64,000 nucleotides of DNA from Escherichia coli (GTDB lineage Bacteria > Pseudomonadota > Gammaproteobacteria > Enterobacterales > Enterobacteriaceae). A program made the position numbers and the translations under genes. Where the stretch lies: assembly GCF_024223415.1 (NCBI RefSeq), contig NZ_CP100500.1; one strand, given 5' to 3'. The notes under the pieces are model-generated. The model saw nothing but the letters and a program-made list of their open reading frames with translations, searched no databases and was not told the origin of the DNA. Positions 42,555 to 53,024 of this stretch are shown piece after piece (the first letter of the stretch is position 1; every line of letters begins with the position of its first letter).

Positions 42555-44786
42555 CTAGTTCTCTACCATCAACCGGGCAAGCTTGGCAAAAATCGAACAC
42601 TTGCTGCTTTCACCGCTCCTGAGCATATCCAGGGTAAAGCTATTGAGATAAACGCCAGTTAACGGGTGGCTAAATACATCTACGGCTTTGCCTTGGGCAT
42701 CCCATATCAGCAGATTTTCCACCAGGTTAGGCCGTGCAATAGTAGGATTTGTAGGCTGGGCATCGCTTACCAGAACAAATACACCATTCTCATGCGGTTG
42801 CAGATAAATATGGTGATGCTTCATCTTTTGCGCTTTGGTCAGCGAGTCGTATTTCGAGCGGCCAGGTGATATCAGATAGGGCAGTACGTTTTGATCCGGT
42901 TTTGCAGAGCGGGTGATGGCGTACCCGTTAAATTTATCCCCTTTACGCTCTGCCAGAGTTTTTTCTTGTTCCTGATAAGCGTATGAATCGACGATATTAA
43001 ATTGCGCCGGGCCAATCAGGCGCGGTACGCGGGAGCTGTTGTAGGTGGTAAGCAGGACATCTGCTGTGTGGTCGTAGAGATAGAAGCTTTTGTCGAATAA
43101 TTTCTTTAATCGTCCCAGAGAGGGGGGATCAACAGACAGATAGTCTAATTTACCTTCAGCGATCCCGGTATCAACCACCCTAAGTTGGCCGTGTTCTATT
43201 TTTAGTTCGACATATCCAAGCAGGGGGAGATAGCTTTTCGTTTTGCGTACTGCATAGGCGGTATAGTGCCCGTCCGCCAAATCTGGTAGTGGGATGTGAT
43301 GCTGATTGAGTAAGCTCTCTTTGAACCATAGCTCGGTTTTTGTTCGGCGAACCTTACTGTTAAGTAAGGTAACTGCTGACTTGAGACGACTGTGAGGCTT
43401 CGTAAGATCGATTTCGTATTGAGTAGGGTTGCTTGTCAATTGTTCATTAATAAAATCAATCGCATCCAACAACTTGTGATCAATATTCATACCCTGTAAG
43501 ACTACGGGCAGAGGTTGCTGATTTAGCCACCCTTGCAAACGATCTAGTTTAAGCTGGGTATAAGTATCCCAATTGAGTTCGGGTTGTTTTCGGGCGTCGG
43601 CAAAGGCCGCATAGAAATCATTGTACTCAACAGATTCATTATCTTGCTGGCGGATGCTGTTGCTCCGCTCTTCATCTACTGCATTGAGTACCAGAATAGA
43701 TGTACTGGCAGGCAGCTCAGAAAAGCCGGTTTGCTGAGAATGTTTAAGCGACGCCAGAGGCCAGAGTTGATACCCGGGGAACTGGATGGCTAATGTGTCA
43801 AAGAAATAAGCTTCTTGCGTGGCGCTAAATTCGACGCCGTTATTAACCACCAACAGCGTATTAGTCAGTTGTTGATCGAGGTCGGTAGCGAACTGATTGA
43901 CCTCGTGGGTGGCCTGAAATGCGATAGGCTGATGCGGGATCTCTAGTTCACTGAGCCGCTCGCAGGCGGCATTCATGACCACGTTATAGGTATAGGCCTG
44001 GCATTCACCATAGCCGCTGCGCTCACGAAAAAAGTCCAGTTTGCTATCCCGGGCATCGAGTTTGCGCCGGGCTTTGAGCCGACGATTATCGATGTTAAAC
44101 CACACGCAGGTATCGTCCAGAGAGAGATGCAATTCATCCTCCGGTTCGACCAGAAATTTTCGTTTGTGCAGGGTAAAGGCGAGTTCGTTATATTCTGATG
44201 CATAAATGTCGAGTTCGAATGCCTCCATCACTCCAGTGCCGCTTTTCTGCGTGACGGGCTGACTCAGGCGAGCGTTGAGATAGAACGTAGAGTTGAAGTA
44301 GGTTGGCGGTACCGAAAAGCGCTCGCTGGCTTGTTCCAGCATTACCATTTTCAAATGCAGACTGAACAATCCCTGAATCAGGCGAGATAAATCATAATTT
44401 TCAGCTGTGAGTCGCTGGCAAAGCGTTTCAATGCGTTCTGCCAAAGTCCGATGCGCTAGGCTGTTCGGTGCAGCAGCAGGCGCCAGGAAAAAAAAGACGT
44501 GATGGTAATTGGGTAAGCAATGCAGCTCATATTTTACTTCCTGTCCGGCCTCAAGCCCAAGCTTCTGCCGCACGCAAGTTTTTACCTCCTGATGAATTCG
44601 CGCATAGTAATCAGCGGATTTTTCTTTTCGCTCTTTAGTAAAGTGCTGAACCATAAAGTCTATCGTATAGATATTAGATACCGGGGCCAATAGACGCTGG
44701 ATTGTTGTCAGCTGATCTTCTTCAAGCTTGATCAAATTGGTACGGGCAATCGGAGTATCCGTCAGCTCATTCAGATTAGGGATCAT
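42555..44786 (-). CDS. Hypothetical 743-aa protein, last gene of the five-gene island operon
   Basis: Intact long ORF; start overlaps stop of the upstream 1583-aa gene (4-nt overlap); no motif I can assign. Confidence 0.6.
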   Translation of the reverse strand: MIPNLNELTDTPIARTNLIKLEEDQLTTIQRLLAPVSNIYTIDFMVQHFTKERKEKSADYYARIHQEVKTCVRQKLGLEAGQEVKYELHCLPNYHHVFFFLAPAAAPNSLAHRTLAERIETLCQRLTAENYDLSRLIQGLFSLHLKMVMLEQASERFSVPPTYFNSTFYLNARLSQPVTQKSGTGVMEAFELDIYASEYNELAFTLHKRKFLVEPEDELHLSLDDTCVWFNIDNRRLKARRKLDARDSKLDFFRERSGYGECQAYTYNVVMNAACERLSELEIPHQPIAFQATHEVNQFATDLDQQLTNTLLVVNNGVEFSATQEAYFFDTLAIQFPGYQLWPLASLKHSQQTGFSELPASTSILVLNAVDEERSNSIRQQDNESVEYNDFYAAFADARKQPELNWDTYTQLKLDRLQGWLNQQPLPVVLQGMNIDHKLLDAIDFINEQLTSNPTQYEIDLTKPHSRLKSAVTLLNSKVRRTKTELWFKESLLNQHHIPLPDLADGHYTAYAVRKTKSYLPLLGYVELKIEHGQLRVVDTGIAEGKLDYLSVDPPSLGRLKKLFDKSFYLYDHTADVLLTTYNSSRVPRLIGPAQFNIVDSYAYQEQEKTLAERKGDKFNGYAITRSAKPDQNVLPYLISPGRSKYDSLTKAQKMKHHHIYLQPHENGVFVLVSDAQPTNPTIARPNLVENLLIWDAQGKAVDVFSHPLTGVYLNSFTLDMLRSGESSKCSIFAKLARLMVEN

Positions 44787-47700
44787 GATACTTTTCCTTT
44801 AGTCGGCAACTTTTCTACACCCAGCAGGGTTAGTAACATTGGGTTTATATCCAATGTCATGCGCAGTTTCGAGTTTTCCTGAGCGCGTCCGCTCTCTCGA
44901 TTTTTGGGCTGATAATACTGGTAGTCAGTTTGCAACAGGTTGAGGTAGTGGATCGTGTGATCCACATTATCCTGCCACATCAGATTATTAGGGTTCTGGC
45001 TGTAGGCGACGTTCAGATAGATAAATCGAATACGTTCATAACGGCCTGCCAGCGCCGTCTGGAGCTGTTTCTGCCCCTCAGTATCCGCCTTTTGGCTGGC
45101 GATATTACGGATCTGGCGAATCTTGTTGTCGCTTTTCTCAAGCGTTTCTTCTGCCCGCGTCAAATCGTCCAACTGTGTCGCCCAGCGCTTAACGTCGATG
45201 CAGAGCAGGTCGTCGCCCACTTCAATAAAGCGGTCAAAAAACTCATAGACCAGCGGTTCAAGGCGTTCAAACACCTGCTGGTCGGAGAGTGGGGTAACAC
45301 CATAACTTTTTAGCACTTTATCGAAGAGATATTCACCGACATTGCCTTTGAGCAACGGAACTAGCCTGGGGTTGGGTACCCATTTTTTGAATGCCTTTTC
45401 CTGGATGTTGTCACATTCACGAATCAACTCGCCGACCAGGTTGCCGGGGGTAAAATCGACATCGTTTCTATACTGCGGAAAGAGGGTGAGCTCTGGCCGG
45501 TACTCTCTTGCGCCGCCAGCGAAATCCGACAGGGCGGAATAATCTCTGTGGGCAAGTCCATCCGGGCCGCGTTTGTGGCAAAGTAAAATCGTTTGATTCC
45601 CTTGCTGACGATCGATAAACAGAGCGTCGTGAACAGATTGCATTTGTCGATTGGCGGTATACAAGGGATTAGCCTGGAGTTTTGCCAGCCAGCGCTGGGG
45701 ATCGGTAAAGGAGTCAGGATCGCGGAATAAATTACATATCTCGAGATAATCGAGATTGCCAGCGCGTACCTTATTAATCCAGTCGGTTTTAAGGACACGT
45801 TTGTGAATTTCATCGATGCGGCGACCATTCGCGACGATAGCTTGCTCAAACGTCAGTCGCTGTTCCGCATTATTGAATGACTGGCCCTGACTCAGCTTTT
45901 CGCACTCCTCCATGAGTCGGTGGTTAAGCAAAGACATACTTTCTGATACCACCTCGTTACCGCTATCTTCACTAAGAGCGGCGAACTGAAATGCAACATT
46001 ACGGAACACATCGCGGGGTAAAAAGATTTCTGTTTTCAATAGAGTGTCGCGACGCTCGACTCGCCCTACGGCCTGCACGACGACTTTGAATAAGCTCATA
46101 TCATGTTCGGCCATTAACAGGCGATAGTTTTCGCCGTGGGCGAAATTAACGTTGAAATCGGCCAGCTTGTGGACGGTAATATCGTCATCGGCGTAGTGTT
46201 TAAGCACGGTAACGTAGTTAGGTAATGTATTGAGGTTGCCGCTGTTGTCCTTTACTTCGCTGTAAAACGAGGAGTTGATGAGCACTAAGCGCTCAAAATC
46301 GACATCCAGACGTGGTGCATTGATATCATTAATATCGCCGTCATGGTATTTAACAAAGTAGTTGAGGCCGGTACCCGCACTTTTATAACTGCTCATAAAT
46401 ACCAGTACGGTATTGCTGTTCTGGAGATAGGTTTCTTGCCTGATATCTTCGACATTAGCCAGTGGTGAATCGAAAAAGACCAAATGGACGGTGTGACGCC
46501 CTTTGAATGGGGTAAAGGTCAGGATCTGGTCATGTTTCTTACCGTTATCCGTTTTTTCATCGCACCGGGAGTGCATACCGTACTGCTGACGCCAGGTTGT
46601 CTGGTGCGTGCGCCAGGCGCTGATAAAGGCCCGCTTAAACGTCCCTGAAAGTGACAGAATCAGGCTGTTTTTACCCTCCCAGGCGGCAAGCAGTAACGCT
46701 TCCAGTTCCCGCTGGCACTGACGCCGTTTATAGGTATTTTTCAGGTCGTATTCCAGCGGTTTCTTCAGCGCGTCGAAAAAGTTGTCATACGTCCTGCGAT
46801 AGATTTCACAATTTTGGTAGATATCGGTCAATTTTAACTGCTTATCATCGAACACCCTGAAGTCTACGTTGCGGATACTGGCCCTCAACCCGCGTAATGC
46901 CTTAAGCGTATCGATATCTGCCTTTTCGCGTTCAACGACCCGGTAGCCAAGGTCGCGGCTATAGTGCGCCAGGAAGTGACGATTGAAGTTACCGTTTTTG
47001 GTGTGGCTAAAACCGCTGGTGGCGCTAAGCCCAATTACTTTATTGTGCGTGCCGGTTAATAAACGCAGCAGCATGGCTTCAGGCAACTCTTGTACCAGAT
47101 CCATCTCGAACGCCAGAATAATTGTGCGCTCGGCTCCCCTGTTCACGTAATTGAGTTCAGCTATCGGCGTCATCGTGAATACGGTTTTGGGTTGCAGGTA
47201 AGTGTAGAAATGATCAATCAACAAGTTTTTATCGGTGGTGCGATCGAAGATATGTCGCACCACGCCGGCTACGTTATTGGCTGCGTCAACAAACTGGCCC
47301 AAAGGCGTATTCTGGCTGCTGGAGTTGTCCTGGCCACCATTCTTTACCCAGCGCTTAAAGTGCCGGTTGGTGATTTCAGAACAGGCGGCGAGGATGACGG
47401 AGACCAACTGGAACAGATCGTGCAGAGTGGGGTTGGTGTCATTGGCATCATTTTCGACTTCGTAATACAGTTCGGTGCGCGTTATGTCGCCTTCGCTGTT
47501 GCGCATGCGAATGCGTTTCAGCCCTTCTTCATTGACGTACATTTTGGGGTTAAAGCTGAATACGTTGCGGGTGATTGAGATGATGCGTTCGGCGGCGTCG
47601 CCGTTGACTTCAAATGCCCCTAACTGGTCACGAAACATCTCCAGGATCGATCCCAGCCTTGTACCGGGGGATAGTTCGCACTTTTCCGCCAGTAAATTGC

Positions 47701-49534
47701 GCAGAGTAGTGATGAATTTGACCATCTCTTGCTCAAAGGTCGTTTGCGCTTCTTTGGGCTTGTTTCGGCGTTCTAAGCTGAGTACCGCGTTGTGAATACG
47801 TCCTGCGACGGAAATAACGTGCGCCAGGTTATTTTCCTGTGTGATTAGCTTTACATGGCATGTTTCTTCAAGGCGAGTGTAGGCTTCATGTAGTTCATCA
47901 ATGATCACCGTAAAACGAATATTTTTCTGGCGAAAAGGACAATCTGGATTGCGTCTGAAGTGTTCGTCGCGAAGATAGGTAACCTGCCCGGTATGACCGG
48001 CTGCCGCAACGGTGCTAATCTGTGGATCTTTGGGAGTCAGCTTACCGCCAATCAGCAAGTCGAAACCTACGGACTCAAAACGCACACCTTCGCCTCGCTG
48101 ACGAGGCGCCAGTCGGTAAGTTGATGTGTCGAACTTATTCGTGGTCATTAATAGCACTGACGGGCGGTACTGGCAAACTTCGAAAGGCAATACCTGTTTG
48201 ATAAGCTCGAAATAGACTTCGTGTACGCTTATCTTAGGTTCAAGCTTTCCTGGTTTTCGTGCTGTCTCCGCGTTTTGCATTCGCTCTTGCCGCGCCTGGA
48301 GCCCGCGACGAATGTACTCTTTAATGGAAGCTTTTTCACTATCTGGTCCAAATAGTAATTTACAGGCTGACTCAATCGTATTGCGGATACTGTGACGGCA
48401 GTTTTTTAGCTGTTCTTCGAGAATTTCTCTTTCGTAGTTGGTATCCTGAGAACCGTATGTTGTCAGCTTTTTTAACTGCTCTTCACAGCGATCAATTTGT
48501 AAGACATGATAATTGAGCGAACGAATAGCGCCGCCGATATATTTGCTGCCTTTCGCCCCTTCGTACCACTGAATATAGCTGTCGCGGTTTTTCAGACCAG
48601 AGGCCCAGTCCATAAAGTCGAGGTCGGCAACATCCTTACGGGAGAGAACGCAAATGAACTCGCCGCTAGCGGCCAGAATTTTCTCTTTCTGACTGCTGTC
48701 CAGGTCGATTTGTGATTTTTGCGGTGACATGAATAGCAGGTTGGTAAAGCCACCTTCAGGAAACAGATCGTCTGACTTTTGGGTTTTGGCGAAGCGCTCC
48801 AGATATTCGACATACCCTTGGATCACGCCATAGCTTTTGCCGAACCCCGTGCCGTCGGAACTGAAGATGACCTCAGCGCCATCACGTTCATGCACGTGGT
48901 AAAGTTGAGAGACTTGGGCGCGACAGGCGTTAATCTCTTTAATCAGCGTTATGTCAGGAATTTGCCTAGAGATGAGATCTTGCAGATTATTATTGATATT
49001 TTTCTCTCCAACACGCTCACACTTGCGGTAACTATTGATGGTTATTTGGCCGCTGTCGATCAGAATCTTTTCCACCTGTATGGGGGCAAGATGCAAGGCT
49101 GTCGCGATTTCATTGATAGTATTGGACAGTGGTTCGTGTGGATTGCTAATCGTGAAGTGGTTTAGTGCTGCCGCAACGGTATCTGGATGCAATGCTTTTC
49201 TGAGGGTGGGAAAGGTGAGGCTGTAATCGTATAGCGCCAAATCATTGCTTATCAGGCAGCGAAACAGTTGTTTAGTGGGATCGCCACCAGGACGGCTGGC
49301 AAATCCCAAGATTTTTGCCTGTTCGAGGCGATAAAGCAATGCTGCGGCATCGCGGTCAGGTGAGTCAAATGCATCGTGGAGCTGCTGGCTAAATGGCATT
49401 GTGGCATTCAGCCGGTTATGGCTGACCAGCGCGGAAAAGAGCTGACGCACCAAGGTTAGCAGCTTACAATCTTCCTCTATAGTCCAGCTTTTTCTCATTC
49501 TTCTTCCCCTTAATATAAATGCCCCTGCAACCAC
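44783..49534 (-). CDS. Very large (1583 aa) SF2-helicase-like P-loop NTPase
   Basis: Walker A-like DGTGFGKS, DExH-like Walker B FTVIIDELHEA, SAT-like motif III LSATSGF, motif VI-like QAVGRVERR, spread over large insertions; overlaps upstream helicase gene by ~25 nt. Confidence 0.65.
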   Translation of the reverse strand: MVAGAFILRGRRMRKSWTIEEDCKLLTLVRQLFSALVSHNRLNATMPFSQQLHDAFDSPDRDAAALLYRLEQAKILGFASRPGGDPTKQLFRCLISNDLALYDYSLTFPTLRKALHPDTVAAALNHFTISNPHEPLSNTINEIATALHLAPIQVEKILIDSGQITINSYRKCERVGEKNINNNLQDLISRQIPDITLIKEINACRAQVSQLYHVHERDGAEVIFSSDGTGFGKSYGVIQGYVEYLERFAKTQKSDDLFPEGGFTNLLFMSPQKSQIDLDSSQKEKILAASGEFICVLSRKDVADLDFMDWASGLKNRDSYIQWYEGAKGSKYIGGAIRSLNYHVLQIDRCEEQLKKLTTYGSQDTNYEREILEEQLKNCRHSIRNTIESACKLLFGPDSEKASIKEYIRRGLQARQERMQNAETARKPGKLEPKISVHEVYFELIKQVLPFEVCQYRPSVLLMTTNKFDTSTYRLAPRQRGEGVRFESVGFDLLIGGKLTPKDPQISTVAAAGHTGQVTYLRDEHFRRNPDCPFRQKNIRFTVIIDELHEAYTRLEETCHVKLITQENNLAHVISVAGRIHNAVLSLERRNKPKEAQTTFEQEMVKFITTLRNLLAEKCELSPGTRLGSILEMFRDQLGAFEVNGDAAERIISITRNVFSFNPKMYVNEEGLKRIRMRNSEGDITRTELYYEVENDANDTNPTLHDLFQLVSVILAACSEITNRHFKRWVKNGGQDNSSSQNTPLGQFVDAANNVAGVVRHIFDRTTDKNLLIDHFYTYLQPKTVFTMTPIAELNYVNRGAERTIILAFEMDLVQELPEAMLLRLLTGTHNKVIGLSATSGFSHTKNGNFNRHFLAHYSRDLGYRVVEREKADIDTLKALRGLRASIRNVDFRVFDDKQLKLTDIYQNCEIYRRTYDNFFDALKKPLEYDLKNTYKRRQCQRELEALLLAAWEGKNSLILSLSGTFKRAFISAWRTHQTTWRQQYGMHSRCDEKTDNGKKHDQILTFTPFKGRHTVHLVFFDSPLANVEDIRQETYLQNSNTVLVFMSSYKSAGTGLNYFVKYHDGDINDINAPRLDVDFERLVLINSSFYSEVKDNSGNLNTLPNYVTVLKHYADDDITVHKLADFNVNFAHGENYRLLMAEHDMSLFKVVVQAVGRVERRDTLLKTEIFLPRDVFRNVAFQFAALSEDSGNEVVSESMSLLNHRLMEECEKLSQGQSFNNAEQRLTFEQAIVANGRRIDEIHKRVLKTDWINKVRAGNLDYLEICNLFRDPDSFTDPQRWLAKLQANPLYTANRQMQSVHDALFIDRQQGNQTILLCHKRGPDGLAHRDYSALSDFAGGAREYRPELTLFPQYRNDVDFTPGNLVGELIRECDNIQEKAFKKWVPNPRLVPLLKGNVGEYLFDKVLKSYGVTPLSDQQVFERLEPLVYEFFDRFIEVGDDLLCIDVKRWATQLDDLTRAEETLEKSDNKIRQIRNIASQKADTEGQKQLQTALAGRYERIRFIYLNVAYSQNPNNLMWQDNVDHTIHYLNLLQTDYQYYQPKNRESGRAQENSKLRMTLDINPMLLTLLGVEKLPTKGKVS

Positions 49535-51708
49535 TCCGTCACGCGTTCAATATTAAAAGCACGTAATCCATATTCCTGCGTCAGCAACGTCTCGGGTAAA
49601 TACTCATCATATTTTTCGAGGCACTTTTCAACGATGCTTTCGGCAAGACGGGATTCGTAAGGTAGCCCTTCCTGAAGTGCGCTGAATAACGCTTGTTTAA
49701 CCTCCGAGACCGTAGTTTTTTCTACTTCAACCACACCAGCAAATGAGCCCGCCTTGAAACCGCGTTGGATAAGTAATGCCGACAACGTGTTTACGGTTTG
49801 ATCGCCTAGCCAGGGAAGAATGTAGACATGCTGTCTCTGCTGAATAAAACATTCCGAAGCCAGATTATTGTTGCGAAAACAGTGCAGCCCTTCATCAAAC
49901 AGGTTTTTGGCCGTGGTATCGGCAAAATCGGCCTTGCGATTGCCAACGGTGATGCGGTAGTCGCCTTCCCGATAAATAGTGAGCATTTCTTGGCGGACGA
50001 CATCATGAATGGACATCCCTTGTCCGCCAAATAACGGCGGCTGCCCACCCTTTGTCGCCTCGACATAAATAACTTTTTTATCACTATCGATATCGGTTAC
50101 CTTCCAGCGTCGACCGCCGAAAATAATGTGTTGATCAGGCATCAGTGGGGAATCAACGGGAATGGAGCCCAGTGTTTTGCTCCCCGCCACAATGCGAAAC
50201 TCTTCCGGCGTGCTGAACACGGCGTAGAAGGTGTATTGATTTACCTGACGTTCGCCCTCGACGCCCAGAACCAGTTCGCCGCTTGAGAGCTGGGTCAGAA
50301 ACTGGTGCTCCCCCATATGTTTCAATAACGTTTTGAAGTCATAGATCCGGACTTTCTGAAATGGCCCTTGCAGGCATAGCTGTGACCAGATCTGATCCGC
50401 ACGCACGCCTCCCCACTGCGCCACGATCGCCAGGATCTGATGGAACAGGGTGGAATAGTGCATCTGCCGGGTATCAGCTGGCTCAAACCATTTGTTGCCG
50501 ATAAGTAAGCGGATCATGGCCAGCGACTGAACAAGCTGAAGCCTGAGCTGGTCGACAATGCCTGATGTTGGCGTCAGTTCATGTTCGGCAATCAGCATTC
50601 TCAATACGGCAGGCGAGTCGCGCCGACCGGAGCGTCCCATTCGCTGACGCAGGCTGGCTACGGAATGGGGGGCGGTAACTTGCACAACGGAGCTGACTTT
50701 ACCGATGTCGATGCCAAGCTCTAACGTCATCGTACAGATGGCGGTGGTGGGTAAGTTGCCTTGTTGAAGCCTCTGTTCCAGCGTTTCACGCAGATCTCTG
50801 GACAGAGATCCGTGATGGGGAAAGAACTCATTGGGAACGATGCTCGCTTCACTGAGATCGCTAAGCGTGGCGGCAATGCTTTCGGTCCGTTTGCGACTAT
50901 TAGCGAACACCAGATGGGAATCACCACGACAGAGGCGAAAGATATCATGGCAGATTTGCGTCTCTGCCGACGGTGGAGATTGCTGGCCCGAGGTGGTCAG
51001 CGGTTCCAGATAACCTTTCACCTGTACTTTTAGCGTGGCGTGAGTCTGACTGTCGGTAATAATGTCACAGGGCAGACGTTGATTTGGCCGCAGAGATAAC
51101 GGCACCTGTTCCAGTTCCCCCAGCGTTGCGCTGAGTGCGACTCGGGGGACTGGATTGTTGATTCTTCCCAGCAGGTGATCGACTCGATTTAACAGAGAGA
51201 GAAGCTGCATACCCCGCTCAGAACCGATGAAAGCATGGAATTCATCAATGGCGATATATGCCAGTGGCGCGAAAGCCTGCTTTAACCATCCCGCATTGCG
51301 GATCAGCATCGCTTCCAGCGATTCCGGGGTGATAAGCAAAATACCGGCAGGATTCTTCTTTGCTTTCAGCTTTTTGCTCTGCGCAACATCACCATGCCAG
51401 GGCGTGACCGGCATCTCCAACGCATCACCGAGGTTTTCCAGCCTTCGATACTGATCGTTAATCAGGGCCTTAAGCGGGCTGATGTATAAAATGCCAAAGC
51501 CGCCCTGAATATCCGCAATGGCAGAACAGGCGGGCAGGAAAAACGCTTCTGTTTTACCTGCGGCAGTCGCGGCGCTGATCAGAACATCCCGATCGCCCGC
51601 TAATATCGGTGAAACGGATTTTTTTTGCAGTTCCCTGAGATCGGCCCATCCCTGCCGGTATATCCACTTCTGTATCCGTGGATCCAGCCGCTGGTATTCG
51701 TTCATCAT
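49510..51708 (-). CDS. DEAD/DEAH-box superfamily 2 helicase, Lhr-like
   Basis: 732 aa; Q-motif region, Walker A AATAAGKTEA, Walker B IAIDEFH, SAT-like LSATL, motif VI QRMGRSGRR. Confidence 0.75.
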   Translation of the reverse strand: MMNEYQRLDPRIQKWIYRQGWADLRELQKKSVSPILAGDRDVLISAATAAGKTEAFFLPACSAIADIQGGFGILYISPLKALINDQYRRLENLGDALEMPVTPWHGDVAQSKKLKAKKNPAGILLITPESLEAMLIRNAGWLKQAFAPLAYIAIDEFHAFIGSERGMQLLSLLNRVDHLLGRINNPVPRVALSATLGELEQVPLSLRPNQRLPCDIITDSQTHATLKVQVKGYLEPLTTSGQQSPPSAETQICHDIFRLCRGDSHLVFANSRKRTESIAATLSDLSEASIVPNEFFPHHGSLSRDLRETLEQRLQQGNLPTTAICTMTLELGIDIGKVSSVVQVTAPHSVASLRQRMGRSGRRDSPAVLRMLIAEHELTPTSGIVDQLRLQLVQSLAMIRLLIGNKWFEPADTRQMHYSTLFHQILAIVAQWGGVRADQIWSQLCLQGPFQKVRIYDFKTLLKHMGEHQFLTQLSSGELVLGVEGERQVNQYTFYAVFSTPEEFRIVAGSKTLGSIPVDSPLMPDQHIIFGGRRWKVTDIDSDKKVIYVEATKGGQPPLFGGQGMSIHDVVRQEMLTIYREGDYRITVGNRKADFADTTAKNLFDEGLHCFRNNNLASECFIQQRQHVYILPWLGDQTVNTLSALLIQRGFKAGSFAGVVEVEKTTVSEVKQALFSALQEGLPYESRLAESIVEKCLEKYDEYLPETLLTQEYGLRAFNIERVTEWLQGHLY

Positions 51709-53021
51709 AATCTGAAGTCGGCCAGACCGTCCTCATCGGCATCTTCTGCCGATGTTATTTCATCCATATCACTGGGTTTTTCTTCCGCGATCGCGACACC
51801 GGCGATTAACTGTGACCACTGAATGGATGGGTTTTGTTCCAGCACGGCCAGCATATCCAGGAAGGCTTTAATCGTGTTTCGTGGCGTACGGAAATAGGCA
51901 TCGCCAATAGTGTTGCTACAGTGGCGTAAAAATGCCGTCAGAGCATCATCAGGAACCAGATACTTATCCGCATCGCCGCCGGAATAAACGTGACGAAGGT
52001 TTTTCAACAGAATATAGAGTTCTTCCGGCGTCAGGCTGGCTAAGTGCAGGGAAGGGGACGAATAATCAATGACACCAGCCCGCTGAGCGAAGCTATTTTC
52101 CGCCAGTCGGGACTGGAGCGCTTCGTAGCTGTACAACCCCTTGCGCGGATCGAACAGGAATTCTGGCGTACCGCCAAGTAAAAAACCGATATATTCAGCC
52201 GTCCCTTGCAGGCAGTCATTCAGAATACGCAGTATCTGTTCATAGTTGGCAACGCGGGCCTGAGTGTTACTGAGCTTATACAGATTGACCATCTCATCCA
52301 GATTCACCAGCAGACCCGCGTATCCGGCCTGACGGACAAACAGGCTCATCAGCTTTAGCGAATCGTAGAAAGAGGCATCAGAAATAATGGTGCGCACACC
52401 CAGATCGTTACGGGCGTCGGTTTTCGTGGTGTATTCACCTCTTAGCCAGCGGATGGCATTTGATTTCAATGTCTCATTATCCTGCTCGTGGCCCTGCCAG
52501 TAACATTCAATGACTTTGGCGAAATCGTAACCGCCAACCATATCAGACAGGGCGGCGAGCTTTTGGTGAATAATCGTCGGAACTGACACATTTGTACTTT
52601 CTGCTTCTTTTCTGGCTTCCGTGATAAAGCGCTCAACCACGCTTAATAATGCGTTTCCATCCGGCTTATTTCGGGTGGATAGATTTTTCATTAGCTCGGA
52701 GTAGAGGTTACGCGCCTGCCCACCCGTCGCGTGGATGCGCCTGTCCGGGGATAAATCGGCGCTGATTGTCACCAGCTTTTTTTCTAGCGCAATTGAGCGC
52801 ACAACGCTTAAAAAGAATGTCTTACCTGAGCCATATTCCCCAATAATCAGCCGGAGTCCTGCGCCGCCATCAGCGATACGCTCAATATCCTGATACAGCG
52901 CTTTTATTTCGTTGACCCGGCCAACCTGAATGTGCTGAATACCAATTTTAGGCGTAACACCTGACTTCAGTGACTGAATAATAGCGTCTCTTTCTTTGAG
53001 ACGAATACGAATGCCAGACAT
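51705..53021 (-). CDS. P-loop ATPase (438 aa), BrxD/DUF2791-like
   Basis: Walker A LIIGEYGSGKTF and Walker B-like LLVNLDEM; start 4 nt downstream of the TerB-like gene stop, stop overlaps helicase start. Confidence 0.65.
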   Translation of the reverse strand: MSGIRIRLKERDAIIQSLKSGVTPKIGIQHIQVGRVNEIKALYQDIERIADGGAGLRLIIGEYGSGKTFFLSVVRSIALEKKLVTISADLSPDRRIHATGGQARNLYSELMKNLSTRNKPDGNALLSVVERFITEARKEAESTNVSVPTIIHQKLAALSDMVGGYDFAKVIECYWQGHEQDNETLKSNAIRWLRGEYTTKTDARNDLGVRTIISDASFYDSLKLMSLFVRQAGYAGLLVNLDEMVNLYKLSNTQARVANYEQILRILNDCLQGTAEYIGFLLGGTPEFLFDPRKGLYSYEALQSRLAENSFAQRAGVIDYSSPSLHLASLTPEELYILLKNLRHVYSGGDADKYLVPDDALTAFLRHCSNTIGDAYFRTPRNTIKAFLDMLAVLEQNPSIQWSQLIAGVAIAEEKPSDMDEITSAEDADEDGLADFRL

Positions 53022-53024
53022 AAA

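Noticed and set aside
45342-49226. Multiple plus-strand ORFs of 60-160 aa inside the 1583-aa helicase-like gene
   Set aside because: All are contained within one uninterrupted 4.75 kb minus-strand ORF bearing helicase motifs; considered antisense artefacts.
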